DNA of 64,000 nt, from assembly GCA_963799845.1 (NCBI GenBank), contig CAWCYI010000006.1:1056001-1120000 (forward strand), read 5' to 3'. Within the stretch, counting starts at the first letter, position 1. Each line of letters begins with the position of its first letter. The notes beneath the pieces are model-generated. The model was not told where the DNA came from. It ran no database searches and was given only the letters and a program-made list of their open reading frames with translations. This document shows, one piece after another, positions 43,973 to 54,833 of the stretch. The stretch comes from an uncultured Nitrososphaerota archaeon (GTDB lineage Archaea > Thermoproteota > Nitrososphaeria > Nitrososphaerales > CADDZS01). The position numbers and the translations under genes were made by a program.

Positions 43973-44824
43973 TCATTCCAGATGAGTGATCTTGTCGAGC
44001 TGTTGTTTGGAGGCTTCGGCGGCTTTCGCCCATTCTCCTCCCCAAACATTCCTCAGGTAGTTATCGGATTCGAACTCGACGGAAAGAAAGCCGTCGTAAC
44101 CGACTTCGCTAAGCGCGTCGAAAAATCCCTTCCAATCAGTCACTCCCTCGCCGAGCATAGGGAACATGAAATTCTCGTTTTGAGTACCGGGCTTTCCAAC
44201 CGCGTCCTTTACATGGACGTGCTTGATTCTTTTACCTAGCCGTCTTACGGCGTACGCGACATCGTTTCCGTACAGAACCATGTGACTGGGATCAAGGTTT
44301 ACGGCTAGATTTTTCGAACCAAAGTAACTCAGAAATTCCTGAAGTGTGTAAAAATCGTGAACGAGCATTCCGAAAGCTGCCTCAAACGTTATCGTGATGT
44401 CGTTTTTCTCAGCGGCATCCACGATTGTGCTGAATGATTCTACGAGATTTTTCCACGCGACTTCTTCCCGGAAATCTTTTCCGATTTTTTGGGCGGATGG
44501 ATCCCACTCCGCAGGGCCGCTGAACAAATTCACCTTGTCGATTGACGCGTACCGCGCAGCCTCGATCTTGTCAACGGTATATTTTACTCGCTCGGCACGC
44601 TTTGCATCGTCTGGCACAACAAGATCAGATGAGCACATGATGTTTGCAACTTCCATCCCGTTCTTGCGGGTCAACTCGGCGAGGTTTTTCAGCTCGTCGC
44701 GAGTATTGAAGTGAATGTAGCCTATCCACTCGACGCCCTGGTAGCCGCAGCGGGAGAGGACATCGAGTGCTTCCTGCGCGTTGTTGGTGTAGTTCGGAAT
44801 GAACGAGGCTTTCCAGTCCGGCAT
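43973..44824 (-). CDS. Sugar phosphate isomerase/epimerase (paralog of the 40025 gene)
   Basis: NLDPSH, HVHVKD, LGEG and SVEFE. Confidence 0.88.
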   Translation of the reverse strand: MPDWKASFIPNYTNNAQEALDVLSRCGYQGVEWIGYIHFNTRDELKNLAELTRKNGMEVANIMCSSDLVVPDDAKRAERVKYTVDKIEAARYASIDKVNLFSGPAEWDPSAQKIGKDFREEVAWKNLVESFSTIVDAAEKNDITITFEAAFGMLVHDFYTLQEFLSYFGSKNLAVNLDPSHMVLYGNDVAYAVRRLGKRIKHVHVKDAVGKPGTQNENFMFPMLGEGVTDWKGFFDALSEVGYDGFLSVEFESDNYLRNVWGGEWAKAAEASKQQLDKITHLE

Positions 44825-44836
44825 GAAGTATTCACT

Positions 44837-45692
44837 TTACTTCGAGCTGACGCCGACTTTCTTGAAGACCTGTTCGAGGTATTCGCGCGAATCCCGCATA
44901 ACTGAATCTACGTCGTTTGGAAGTTCAGACCAAGATTGAGTGCAGATGTAGCCGTTGAAATCGATCTCGACGAGAGCCCGCACGATTCCTTCCCAGTCAA
45001 CCGATCCCTTACCAAGGGCTTCGTGAGTCCACTTTACACCGTCGTTGTCCGCGCCGTGGACGTAGCAGAGGTGCTTTCCGGCCCGTCTGATATCGTCCAT
45101 GAAATTGCGGTAGCTGATGTTTTGCTGGGCGGTATCGTAAATTATCTTGACGCAAGACGAATCCAATTCCTTGATCATATCCAGTGCGTCGTCTACTGTT
45201 ATCATTAGAGGGCTCTCTGCAATGTACTGGGGGTGGAGACCGAGGATAAACTTGGTTTTCTCAGCTTCTGCGACGAGTTCGTGGAGGGCATCCATCGTCC
45301 ACTTCAATCCCTGCTCCTTGGAGGTGCCGTAGAGGACGTGACCAGTTAGGACATTCATCAGTGGGCACCCGAGTTCATCGGCGAGTTTGATGTTGTCGAT
45401 GTAGTACTGGACCGTCCGGTTGCGGATGCTTTGCCTCGGACTGCTAAAGTTATACTGCAGTCCCAGCCCACCGCCGGCAACCGCAAATCCCGTCAGCTTC
45501 AATCCTAGATCGGAGATCAGTTTTTTCAGGGAATCCCGTTCGTGCTTTGTGTAATCCTCCGGCCATGCGTGCGGCGCGCCAGTGTAGAGATCTACTCCCT
45601 TGTAACCCGCGTTCGCAATTCTTCTTACTGCTTCTTCAACAGTGGTCTGTCTGTTGTATCCGAGAGTGCAAGACTGAAAGTTTTATCGACAT
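44837..45692 (-). CDS. Sugar phosphate isomerase/epimerase (apparent +1 frameshift at 45671-45675)
   Basis: Repaired N-terminus MSIKLSACTLGY..AGYKGVDLYTGAPHAWP; YDTA, VHGAD and GKGSVDW. Confidence 0.82.
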
Positions 45693-46013
45693 GATTTCTT
45701 TTCACCGAGGTGCTCCGTATGACCGTTGAGGCGCGGCCCCCGGTATTTATCTTATTTATTTCTCTACGCAGTCTGAGCTCTTCCAAGAGAAAACGCCTTG
45801 AATCAAGCTGTTTCAGTTGTCTGGAGTTGGAAACTAACCCCGCAGTGAACTGGAACGGGCGGGCTGCGATCGTTTCCCAATCCCGTAGAAAAATCGTGAC
45901 GGTGCATCTTCATAGATTGGAAGAAGCTTTTTGGAGGATATTTACAAGTCCTGTCTTCAGGAACAGATAAGAGCCCGCAAAAATCCATGTAAATCTCTGA
46001 AAAGAAGACAAAA

Positions 46014-46616
46014 ATGTTCATGACCGAATCGACACTTTCTGATTCCACACGTAATACAAAGAGTATTGTAGAAGAATTTTCGGATCGTTTCGTAAAACAG
46101 GCAGGAGTGATTTACACTGTGAAAAATCTAGACGAAGCAGTTTCAATAATTAATGATCTGATCAAGCGTAAGGGGAAAGGCGAAAGTTGTTGCGCTCAAA
46201 AACTTGAATTGATTGATGGTGGCTTGGTCACGGATATCGCTCCGAGAATACAACCTTCAATTCGATTTGAAGATCTCCAAAAAAAGTCAAAAGAACTCGC
46301 AAACCTTCTAGACGTGGGAATCACGAAAGCTGACTATGGAATTGCAGAAACCGGATCGATTGTGGATATTTCTTATACCGACGACAACCGGCTTTTGTCG
46401 TCCTTTTCACGAGTACATATTGCTGTATTAGAAAAATCTAAGATATTGTTGAAACTCGAACAATTGTCTCCCCAGATGAAGGAGTTATTGTTGCCAGGCA
46501 ACGGCAAAAAGCCAACTATCACATTTATCGGCGGCCCATCCAGAACATCTGACATCGAGCTAAAGTCGGTCCTAGGTGTTCACGGTCCCCACGAAGTTCA
46601 CGTCGTTCTCATCTAA
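46014..46616 (+). CDS. lutC: LUD-domain protein (LutC/YkgG family)
   Basis: GITKADYGIAETGS, GPSRTSDIE and GVHGP. Confidence 0.88.
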   Translation: MFMTESTLSDSTRNTKSIVEEFSDRFVKQAGVIYTVKNLDEAVSIINDLIKRKGKGESCCAQKLELIDGGLVTDIAPRIQPSIRFEDLQKKSKELANLLDVGITKADYGIAETGSIVDISYTDDNRLLSSFSRVHIAVLEKSKILLKLEQLSPQMKELLLPGNGKKPTITFIGGPSRTSDIELKSVLGVHGPHEVHVVLI

Positions 46617-46621
46617 ACGGA

Positions 46622-48750
46622 GTGACGGTTTCTGCCAAAAGACTATACAAACCTGAAGAAAAAAATTACCGCCGCCCTCGCGAGTCCTGAGAGAGGGAAA
46701 ACCCTTCTCGTCGCTGTGAAAAGGGGACGTGATGCGAGAAAAGACCAGCTCGCAACTCTTGAAAATCCGGAAGAATTTCGCCACGACATCAAACGGATCA
46801 AAACCGAGTCGATCGAAAATCTTGACGCCCTTCTAAAGACGTTCATCACAAACTGCCAGCTTAACGGTAACAGGGCCTTCGTTGCAAAGAACGGCACCGA
46901 AGTTGTAGACTACATACTTGATCTCGCGAACAAGTACAACGTTACGCTGATTGAAAAGTCAAAGTCGCTAACGACGGAAGAAATTGAGCTGAATCACCAT
47001 CTCCGAGAGGGAAAGAAAGATCTTCAGGTCGTTGAAACCGATCTCGGAGAGCGGATCATTCAGCTCGTGGATGAAAAGCCCTACCATCTTGTGTTTCCCG
47101 CGATTCACAAAACCCAGGCTGAGGTAGCCGAGATATTCTCGAAGGAAACGAAAAGTGAAATCCCTAACGACCTGCCTGCTATTATGGATGCGGTCAGGAA
47201 GCTTCTCAGACCCATTTTTCTGAATTCGCAGATCGGCATAACGGGTGCCAACATTGCTGTTGCCGAGACCGGTTCCATCGTTGTCGAGACAAATGAAGGA
47301 AATGCTAGGCTTGTCAGCGCCATTCCAGACATTCACATTGTCGTAGTCGGAATGGAGAAGATCATAGCTAACTGGGACGAAGCCTTGAAGCTCGTGATGG
47401 CGCATCCGATTAGTGCAACTGGGACGAGACTAACGAATTACGTTTCAATAGTCACGGAGAGGCTGCCGCTTGGAACTAATTCGCCCAGAGAGATGCACGT
47501 GATAATTTTAGACAACGGCCGATCCAAGATGAGGCAAGATCCGTGGCTGAAAGAAGGGTTGAACTGCATCAGGTGCGGTGCGTGTATGAATGCGTGTCCC
47601 ACGTACGGAGTGGTTGGCGGTCACGTTTTTGGCTACATCTACCCGGGTCCGATAGGCATCCCTTGGACGGAGGAGATTCACGGACTCGACAAAGCCGAGT
47701 TCGCTCATCTCTGCATCTCCTGCGGACTCTGCAAAGAGATTTGCCCGGCCGACATCGACATCCCAATGATGATCGCGAAGGTGAAAGAGAAGGATGTGGA
47801 TGAGAATGGACAGTTAACACCCAACAAAGTTCTTTCAAGATCTGATGATTTCGCGCGGATGGCGAGCGCGACTGCGCCGGTTTCAAACTGGGTGATCCAG
47901 AGCAGGATCTCTCGCAGTTTCATGAGTCGTTTCCTCGGCATTGAGAAGAAGCGGAAGCTACCGAGATTCACGAATCGGACCTTTGAAAAACGCTTCCCTT
48001 CAATGAAGCAAGCAATTGCAAATCCAAAAGCGCGGATAGTCTATTTTGTTGATCTCGTTGCGAACTATAACGAACCGGAGATAGGGATAAGGGCAGTCGA
48101 GCTGAATGCAGCAATCTGGAATCGAGACAGTCGTGCTGCCGAAGTTGAAGCCGAGTGGCATGCCATACGTTTCATACGGTGAGCTGCGGAAAGCAAAGAA
48201 GATCGCAGATTGGAACGTGAGCCTGCTCGCAGATTATGTAGAAAAAGGGTATGATGTCGTGGCAACCGAACCGACAGCTACCTACTGTCTGAAGGAGGTT
48301 TACCCAAAGCTTCTGGATAATTCAGAGAAAAGTCTCGCAGTGTCGGCAAGGTCTTTCGAATATTTTGAATACTTGGCTAAACATCGAGATCCGCTCAACC
48401 TAGGTAGAAGAAACTCCACAGCTGAAAGTAATACCATCGGCTTTCACATCCCATGTCATCAGCGCGCTCTCAGCTCCGGTAAATTCACAATCTCCGCACT
48501 TGAGACGGCCGGATACAGAGTGAAGGTGATAGAGACAGGAACCTGCTGCGGAATGGCTGGAACGTTCGGACTGAAAAAAGGGCCACTAGGGTACGACCTG
48601 TCCATGGCGGTGGGCAAACCGCTCTTTGACCTGTTCAATAATGAAAGCTCGATCAAGATCATTGCGACCGAAAGCAGCGTATGCAGCACACAGCTCACGG
48701 ACGGCACAAATTGCTCTCTCATTCATCCCTTGAACTTGATTTCATATTAA
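46622..48750 (+). CDS. lutB: LutB-type Fe-S protein fused to C-terminal CCG domains (apparent +1 frameshifts at 46640-46644 and 48100-48105)
   Basis: KSKS, ETDLGE, TGAN..AETG..TNEGN, CIRCGACMNACP, CISCGLCKEICP; then HIPCH and CCGMAGTFG. Confidence 0.85.
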
Positions 48751-48810
48751 TCCAAATATTTTGAGCTGGGCGAAAGCTTGCATTTAAACTAAGAACTATT
48801 GAAACGAGAA

Positions 48811-49847
48811 TGTTTTTTCCAGAAATCATTTCGCATCTGTCAGGAGACCTCCATAGACAAAGGATATTCAAGAGCATCTAACTGCGGCATCTTCTCGTAG
48901 TAAGCCTGGGTTGGCGTCTTGAGGTCAAGGGCTCCATGAGGCCTCACTTCATTGTACCACTTCATGAACTCATCTATCGAGGAGAACCACTTGATCTTAC
49001 TCTCGAATATGTCGAAGAACTTCTCGATCTTGCCGTTCGTCTGGGGGTGGTTGACTCTTCCGAGGATGAATCTTATCTTGTGCTTCAAGAGACACCTCTC
49101 GAATTCTGTCATCCCCTTCTCCCTCCTCTCAGATTCCATCGTGTAAAATGTGGTTCCGTGGTCGGATAGGATCGATGCAGGTTTGCCGTGTTCCTTCATG
49201 GCGCTCTCAAGACAGGAAACAGAGTACTCCGAGGTCAGCGTTTCATGGACCCCAAATCCGGTAATGAGACGAGAAGCATCATCTTCATAGCAGGTGAGCC
49301 ACTTGCCCTTCCACCTCGGATCCTTTACCTCGTGCCAGTCCGTATGCCATAATGAATTCGAGTGTTCCCTCTCGTATCTGACCCACTTCCTCCTTATCCA
49401 CTTCTTCCTAGAGTTTGACGCAAAGGAGTTCATCAGGAGCACCCTGTGTATCCTGTTGTGGTTGATGTGAATCTTGCTATCGCTCTCGATCTTTCGTTCA
49501 AGGTAGAGGGCGTTTGCCCTATATCTCTGATAAGCATCAATGACGAGTGAAGTTTCCTCGTCGGTAATTGGAATGCTTTTCCTTCCTGGTTTCTTGAGGA
49601 GGAGAGGCACACCCCCACCTTTCCTGTGCTGGGCAAGTATCTGCTCAACCCTCCTCTTTGACACTCCGAGCTGGAGAGCAATGTTTGCGCAGCTCTCACC
49701 CCTTTCTCTAGCCCTGAAGAGGTAACTGATCTTGTCGCTATCAAGCTTCGCGGGCACATGTTTCCCGTAACGTTTTGTTACGCTCTTCCAAAACTCTCCC
49801 AGTCTACTCCTGTTTACCAGCTTGCGAAATAATTGTCGGAAAAGAGA
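48811..49847 (-). mobile_element. IS481-family insertion sequence with a 15-bp TSD
   Basis: 25-bp imperfect TIRs (48811-35, 49823-47; 19/25 identical); direct repeat CTATTGAAACGAGAA at 48796-48810 and 49848-49862. Confidence 0.9.
48840..49757 (-). CDS. IS481-family DDE transposase (rve integrase core)
   Basis: N-terminal HTH, LWHTDW, DDASR, ILSDHG, HPQTNGKIEK and YNEVRPH. Confidence 0.93.
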   Translation of the reverse strand: MPAKLDSDKISYLFRARERGESCANIALQLGVSKRRVEQILAQHRKGGGVPLLLKKPGRKSIPITDEETSLVIDAYQRYRANALYLERKIESDSKIHINHNRIHRVLLMNSFASNSRKKWIRRKWVRYEREHSNSLWHTDWHEVKDPRWKGKWLTCYEDDASRLITGFGVHETLTSEYSVSCLESAMKEHGKPASILSDHGTTFYTMESERREKGMTEFERCLLKHKIRFILGRVNHPQTNGKIEKFFDIFESKIKWFSSIDEFMKWYNEVRPHGALDLKTPTQAYYEKMPQLDALEYPLSMEVS

Positions 49848-50078
49848 CTATTGAAACGAGAAAGAAAGACACTATATTGGCATGCTGGGACGGGGAATGG
49901 CCGGAATCTAGGCCGAAAAAAAGGTGGTTTGGATTATAGAAACAATCACTTAATCAAAACTAAGGGATTGGGTCTCGAATAACCGATAAAGTGCAAGGAT
50001 TGTTTTCACCCTACCTGCTGCAGAATAACGGAAGCCACTCAGTTGGGAGCACATGAGAACCAGTATCTACTAGGGTGG

Positions 50079-51056
50079 TTATGCTAGTCTAAAGCCGAGA
50101 ATTCGTTCGAGCAGATCGGTTATTGTTATGACGCCGCCAATCTTTCCGTCCCGATAGACGAAGGCTATCGTAACTCCAGCATTACTCATGCTATCCATAA
50201 CGGATGCTATCGAGGCATCAGCTTCCACCTTCGCCGGTTGCACGAGATAGTTCACAGTATTACTGTTGACGCCATTCTCAGAGATAGCTCGGGCGAGCGA
50301 GGGGAAAGTCACGACTCCGACAAACTCATCCTTGCTTTTGTCGTAGACCGGGATTCTAGGATGTCGAGATGACCCCATCACTTTCAGAGCTTCAATTACC
50401 GTTGCGTTCGAGTCAACCGAAATTATTCTTTCGGCTGGCGTGGCAATGTCCATCACATCATATTGCGAGGAGGCAAGGGTTGACCTTATCATCCTGACTG
50501 CATCGGGCCCGAATCTCTCGTCAGCTTCGAGCATGTCGATCATGTTTTCAAGTTCCTCGGAAATTTCGTCCTCACGGTAGGCCCGTTTGTTTCCGGTTAG
50601 AGCAGCAATCCTTCTTGCTAGGCTCGCAAGAGGTCCAGCAATAGGGGACAAAGCGTTGATGACACCTAGAGCCGATGGTGAAAGTGCTGCTGCCATCCTC
50701 ACTGGGTTCTCCACTGCTATTGTTTTCGGAATGAGATAAAGGAAAATCATTATCAACAGCGAGCCGACCACGACGCTCAAAATCCACCCGATTGGTCCAA
50801 ACAGCTCCGACAGTACGATTCCCATCGTCGTGACGACGACGACGTTTGCAACAGTATCGATAAAGGTAGTAACGCACACTAGTTTCGCCTTTTCCTCTGT
50901 GATTTCAAGAGCCTTCGTAGCGTTTGAAGAGCCTTCTTTCTGCATCGAGAATAATGATGGACGCTTGACGGTGAGGTAAGTTGCCTCCACTAACGAGATA
51001 TAGAAGGCGACAGTCGCGCTGGCAAATAGTGCTAGATAAATGACTAGACCGATCAC
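50079..51056 (-). CDS. CNNM/DUF21 transmembrane plus CBS-pair protein
   Basis: SLVEATY, LIPKTIA, HPRIPVY and GVITITDLLE. Confidence 0.85.
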   Translation of the reverse strand: MIGLVIYLALFASATVAFYISLVEATYLTVKRPSLFSMQKEGSSNATKALEITEEKAKLVCVTTFIDTVANVVVVTTMGIVLSELFGPIGWILSVVVGSLLIMIFLYLIPKTIAVENPVRMAAALSPSALGVINALSPIAGPLASLARRIAALTGNKRAYREDEISEELENMIDMLEADERFGPDAVRMIRSTLASSQYDVMDIATPAERIISVDSNATVIEALKVMGSSRHPRIPVYDKSKDEFVGVVTFPSLARAISENGVNSNTVNYLVQPAKVEADASIASVMDSMSNAGVTIAFVYRDGKIGGVITITDLLERILGFRLA

Positions 51057-51743
51057 AATATTGAGACATCTAAGATGCCTAATTAACTAACATGGAATGA
51101 CGCTAGTGCGGTCAAATAGATTGTAGGTGACGAAGGAAAGCCAAGATGAAAAGATTTTCGAAACCGAATAAGTCTCGTCGTGATCTGAGTACTAATCCAC
51201 CGGCCTCCGTCCTTGCTTGACTGACGAGTTAGATCGCCAGAGTATGTCGATGTGACGATCGTGTTTCCTGATCTTTGGAAAGACGGAGATGACAGTTGCA
51301 AGAAAGTGTGGAATGGTTAGAGAGAGCTTACGAGCAATATCAAGTTATTTTCCAAGAATCAATTCGGAACATTATTTCGAAGATCTTCACCCAGATCCCA
51401 GATTTTGCCTCGTGTGTGTGATACGCTCCGAACGACCGATCACTCGGGATTTTGGAGATTTTTGCGTTCCAAATGGGATTAGGTCACCTGCACCCGAAAC
51501 CCGGCTTAACCGAATCCCTAGGGATTCGAGACTCATGAATCCACAAATGTGGATTCCTGTGAAATAGGTCAGAGCCTCTGGAGATTCGGACTGAAACTGG
51601 TCCGGAACATCTTTTTTGGACAAGCTCGAAGAATCAAAGATGCGATGGGTTCGAATCGGATGGTCTTCGAACCCTATTTAGATGCCAATGGTAAAATCAC
51701 CGAGTTTTTCTGATATCTTATCAAGAATCGATGGGTAAAGGGA

Positions 51744-52409
51744 TTGTATCAGTTGGCCGATGAAAAAAATTCCAAAGAAACAACACCTCGTCTGAAGATT
51801 CAGACTCTTTCCGACCTGATATTCGGACTAGCTCTTTCCATAGGCGCTCTGACCCTGATTTCCCAGAAGCCTACCAACCTTCTTGAAATCGAGCTGTCTC
51901 TTCTCTATTTCGGTTTCGCTTTCTATGTGTTATCAAGCGTCTGGGTTAGATACTCCAGGATAATGTCTGTCCTCCCAGCAGAAACGGGGCCAGTAATTAC
52001 CATCAACATAGTCCTTCTTTTCCTCGTGTCGATCGAGCCCTATCTCTACAATCTCATGATCGGCTCCTCAAATGCTCCACCTCCAGGCCAGCTGTACTTG
52101 GGAACTACGACAAGCCTGTTTGCCGCTGATATGGGCCTAATTCAGCTCCTTCTAGCCTATCTTAGTTTTCAACTCACGGTAGAAGAAAGAAAGCTGATTC
52201 CAAAAGAACTGCTCAGAAACTACAGACTGTACACATATTCCAATGTTATTATTGCCGCATTGTTCTTAGTTTCCATACTTCCTATATTTTGGAGTTTCAC
52301 TATCTTCGGTATCCAGGCGAGGTTCTTGCTTTGGACGGGTTTTGCCGTGGTGGTGAATGTTAGAAGATTAGTAGAATTGAGATCCAAAAAATCGGTCGAC
52401 AAACGATGA
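51744..52409 (+). CDS. TMEM175 (DUF1211) family membrane protein
   Basis: KIQTLSDLIFGLALSI resembles the RxxxFSD motif; about 6 TM. Confidence 0.7.
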   Translation: MYQLADEKNSKETTPRLKIQTLSDLIFGLALSIGALTLISQKPTNLLEIELSLLYFGFAFYVLSSVWVRYSRIMSVLPAETGPVITINIVLLFLVSIEPYLYNLMIGSSNAPPPGQLYLGTTTSLFAADMGLIQLLLAYLSFQLTVEERKLIPKELLRNYRLYTYSNVIIAALFLVSILPIFWSFTIFGIQARFLLWTGFAVVVNVRRLVELRSKKSVDKR

Positions 52410-52629
52410 AAGGCAAAATAGCCGCCGAGAAGCACCCCCACGCAAACCTCCTTTCCAACGCGGGCTGGCAGCTGCTACGAGTGACCTGTGGCTGATCATC
52501 GTGGCTGTATTTACATACATCATCTCTAAATTTTACTCACGGCATTATTATCAAGATTGGTAATCGTCTAGTATCAATAATTAGCGCGTTTCTCAACCAG
52601 CTCTGTAAAGCTGGAGGTGAATAAGTGGA

Positions 52630-53013
52630 ATGGCTGAATCAAAAAGTTATTGTGGCAAGTGCGGAGCTCCAATCCCAGCTGGCGATTCATTCTGTCCCAA
52701 ATGTGGCACTGCTGTTGCAATGTCTCCTCAATCAAGTGCTCGAACATCATCTACTCCTCAGCAATTAGACTGGCGAGAACAAAGGCGCCAGATGAGAGCA
52801 GAAAGAAGGACAGAAAGATACAATCGTCCGGGCCCACATATAGGCGGACTCATAATTGCGACGATATTGATAGTGGCTGGTCTGGGCATCTTCTTCCCTC
52901 AACTCCCCTGGCAAGTGTTCTGGGGCTCTCTCTTGATTATCTTAGGACTTTGGATCGTCTACCTCTGGGCTACTAGAAGCAGAAGATACACATCCCCGAC
53001 AAAATCCCAGTAA
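52630..53013 (+). CDS. Zinc-ribbon plus 2-TM membrane protein
   Basis: YCGKCG..FCPKCG, then two hydrophobic helices. Confidence 0.8.
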   Translation: MAESKSYCGKCGAPIPAGDSFCPKCGTAVAMSPQSSARTSSTPQQLDWREQRRQMRAERRTERYNRPGPHIGGLIIATILIVAGLGIFFPQLPWQVFWGSLLIILGLWIVYLWATRSRRYTSPTKSQ

Positions 53014-53556
53014 TTCCTTGCCAATCGGTGGCAATACGTTAGGTGGGCGATCCCCTAACCTTGATTGCCCGTCTCATCTTTTTTGCAAACTGAACCGAAG
53101 ACAATTTTGCCTCCTTGAATAGGTGGAGCATTATCAGTTTTGATAAACGTCTCCATCGTTTATTTCCTATCTTCCTCATTGGATTAGCGCCCATCCACTT
53201 TTGAAAGGCGGAAAAATCCCTCAGAACCCTCGAATATTATGCAGAACTTGAATTAGGGTTCTGGTAACTTATAGGGACATAGAACCAAATTCTAAAGGTG
53301 TTAACTAGATGGACATGACGAATTTTAGATCTGTGAGGAGTTTTGAGCATTCAACACAAACTCTTACGAATTTTCCTTCATATTGAATGGATTCCATGTC
53401 TCTAACTCTGGTTGTTTTGTCGCACCTATGGCACTTCGTTATACGATTCAATGTGATCTCACTCAACTTGAGAGATGAAAGAGAGGTCTATTTTAACATG
53501 AAATAGGGGGAATTTTGAGGTTATTAACTGTCGGGACGCGGCACGAGAATCTTAGC

Positions 53557-53931
53557 TTAGGATGGCTTGTAACTTGTTAGGAAACGAACTATATCGACTT
53601 GCAGGGCATTATTAGAATTATTCCGAAGTCTTACAGTGTACTGCTGATTACCAATCGTAATCGGAAATGAGCTTCTGAATGTAGCGATTCGAGTGAAAAT
53701 AACAGTGGCAAAATGGATTCGACCTTCAAGATTTTCCTTGACTGTTCCTTCTGTTGCAGCCATTGGAATAGCAAGAAAAGCGATACCCTCTATCCAATTT
53801 ATTGTAGGCTCAACTGGACTTTGCTGAGTTAATTGCATTCGTATTATATCTTCGAAAAATGTAGAGTTCTCCTGTTCCACAATTTCATGAATTATTATTT
53901 CGGAAAAGGGGACGAATTTTACTATTGTCAT
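53557..53931 (-). CDS. Hypothetical protein, resembling a conserved TACK-archaeal family
   Basis: 124-aa ORF with an upstream TATA-like box; motif INWIEGIAF..GRIHFATV. Confidence 0.6.
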   Translation of the reverse strand: MTIVKFVPFSEIIIHEIVEQENSTFFEDIIRMQLTQQSPVEPTINWIEGIAFLAIPMAATEGTVKENLEGRIHFATVIFTRIATFRSSFPITIGNQQYTVRLRNNSNNALQVDIVRFLTSYKPS

Positions 53932-54334
53932 AATAGTTTTTGAAGTATAATGCCAGTATATAGGTTCATTTTATTTGGATTCTCTTACCTCTCTGAGGAA
54001 TTGACTGGATTTTTCTCGGTGTTAACGTTCGAGGAATGAAGGATTCGGCGGTCGAAACATAGGCACTAGTCGTAATAAGAGAAACTGTTGCTAGGCAAGT
54101 GCATCAAGAACTTCCTGATTGTACGTTGATCTGACAGAAATTAGACATTTATGGTCTAACGGATGCAGAGCGCAGAGAAATGATCCACAAAGGCAGTAGA
54201 ATCCAGCCATCTCTTTGCAGCTAAAACAGAAAATAGTTCCGCCGATGACCTTGACCCGCTGCTATCAGCCGTTAAGTAGCCGATATCGGAGACTATTATA
54301 GAAAACTATTTTTCTGAGCGTTCCCTTACTATTA

Positions 54335-54811
54335 ATGCTGGCGCTGCCAATGTATTCCCAACTGTCCGACATGGATAGGAAGATGTTGAGGTTGCTTCTC
54401 GATTCTGAGGGGAGCATACCGACACACGAAATATCTCAAAAGCTCAATGTGCCGATTAGCACAGTTCAGAGAAGGAGGAAGAGATTGGAGGAAGAATATC
54501 TCATTAAACATTATTCGTTAGATCCTATGAAATTTGGATATAGACGGATTGACCTCTTAATTTACACTCAAGGTGGGGAGACGATGAACATTGGAAAGGA
54601 ATTATTGGAGCGTGAAGAGGTAGTGTACGCGGCGAGAACAATCGGAGAGCATACAATAGACTTACGCATTGAAGTATTCGTAAAGGATAACGGCGTCTTA
54701 CTAGATCTCCTAGAACATGTCAAGGCCATGAAAGGAGTTAGAGACGTAATCTGGACCGAAGTGATTGAGACTATCGGGAGAAAGAATCCTCCGAATCACA
54801 TCATTTTGTAG
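54335..54811 (+). CDS. Lrp/AsnC-family transcriptional regulator
   Basis: DMDRKML..EISQKLNVPISTVQRRRKRLEE, LDPMKFGY and C-terminal RAM domain. Confidence 0.9.
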   Translation: MLALPMYSQLSDMDRKMLRLLLDSEGSIPTHEISQKLNVPISTVQRRRKRLEEEYLIKHYSLDPMKFGYRRIDLLIYTQGGETMNIGKELLEREEVVYAARTIGEHTIDLRIEVFVKDNGVLLDLLEHVKAMKGVRDVIWTEVIETIGRKNPPNHIIL

Positions 54812-54833
54812 CTTTGTCCGCTTCCAGAACTCG

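Noticed and set aside
51647-51674. GGGTTCGAA..TTCGAACCC as a tRNA T-arm
   Set aside because: Only a 9-bp inverted repeat; no cloverleaf can be built.
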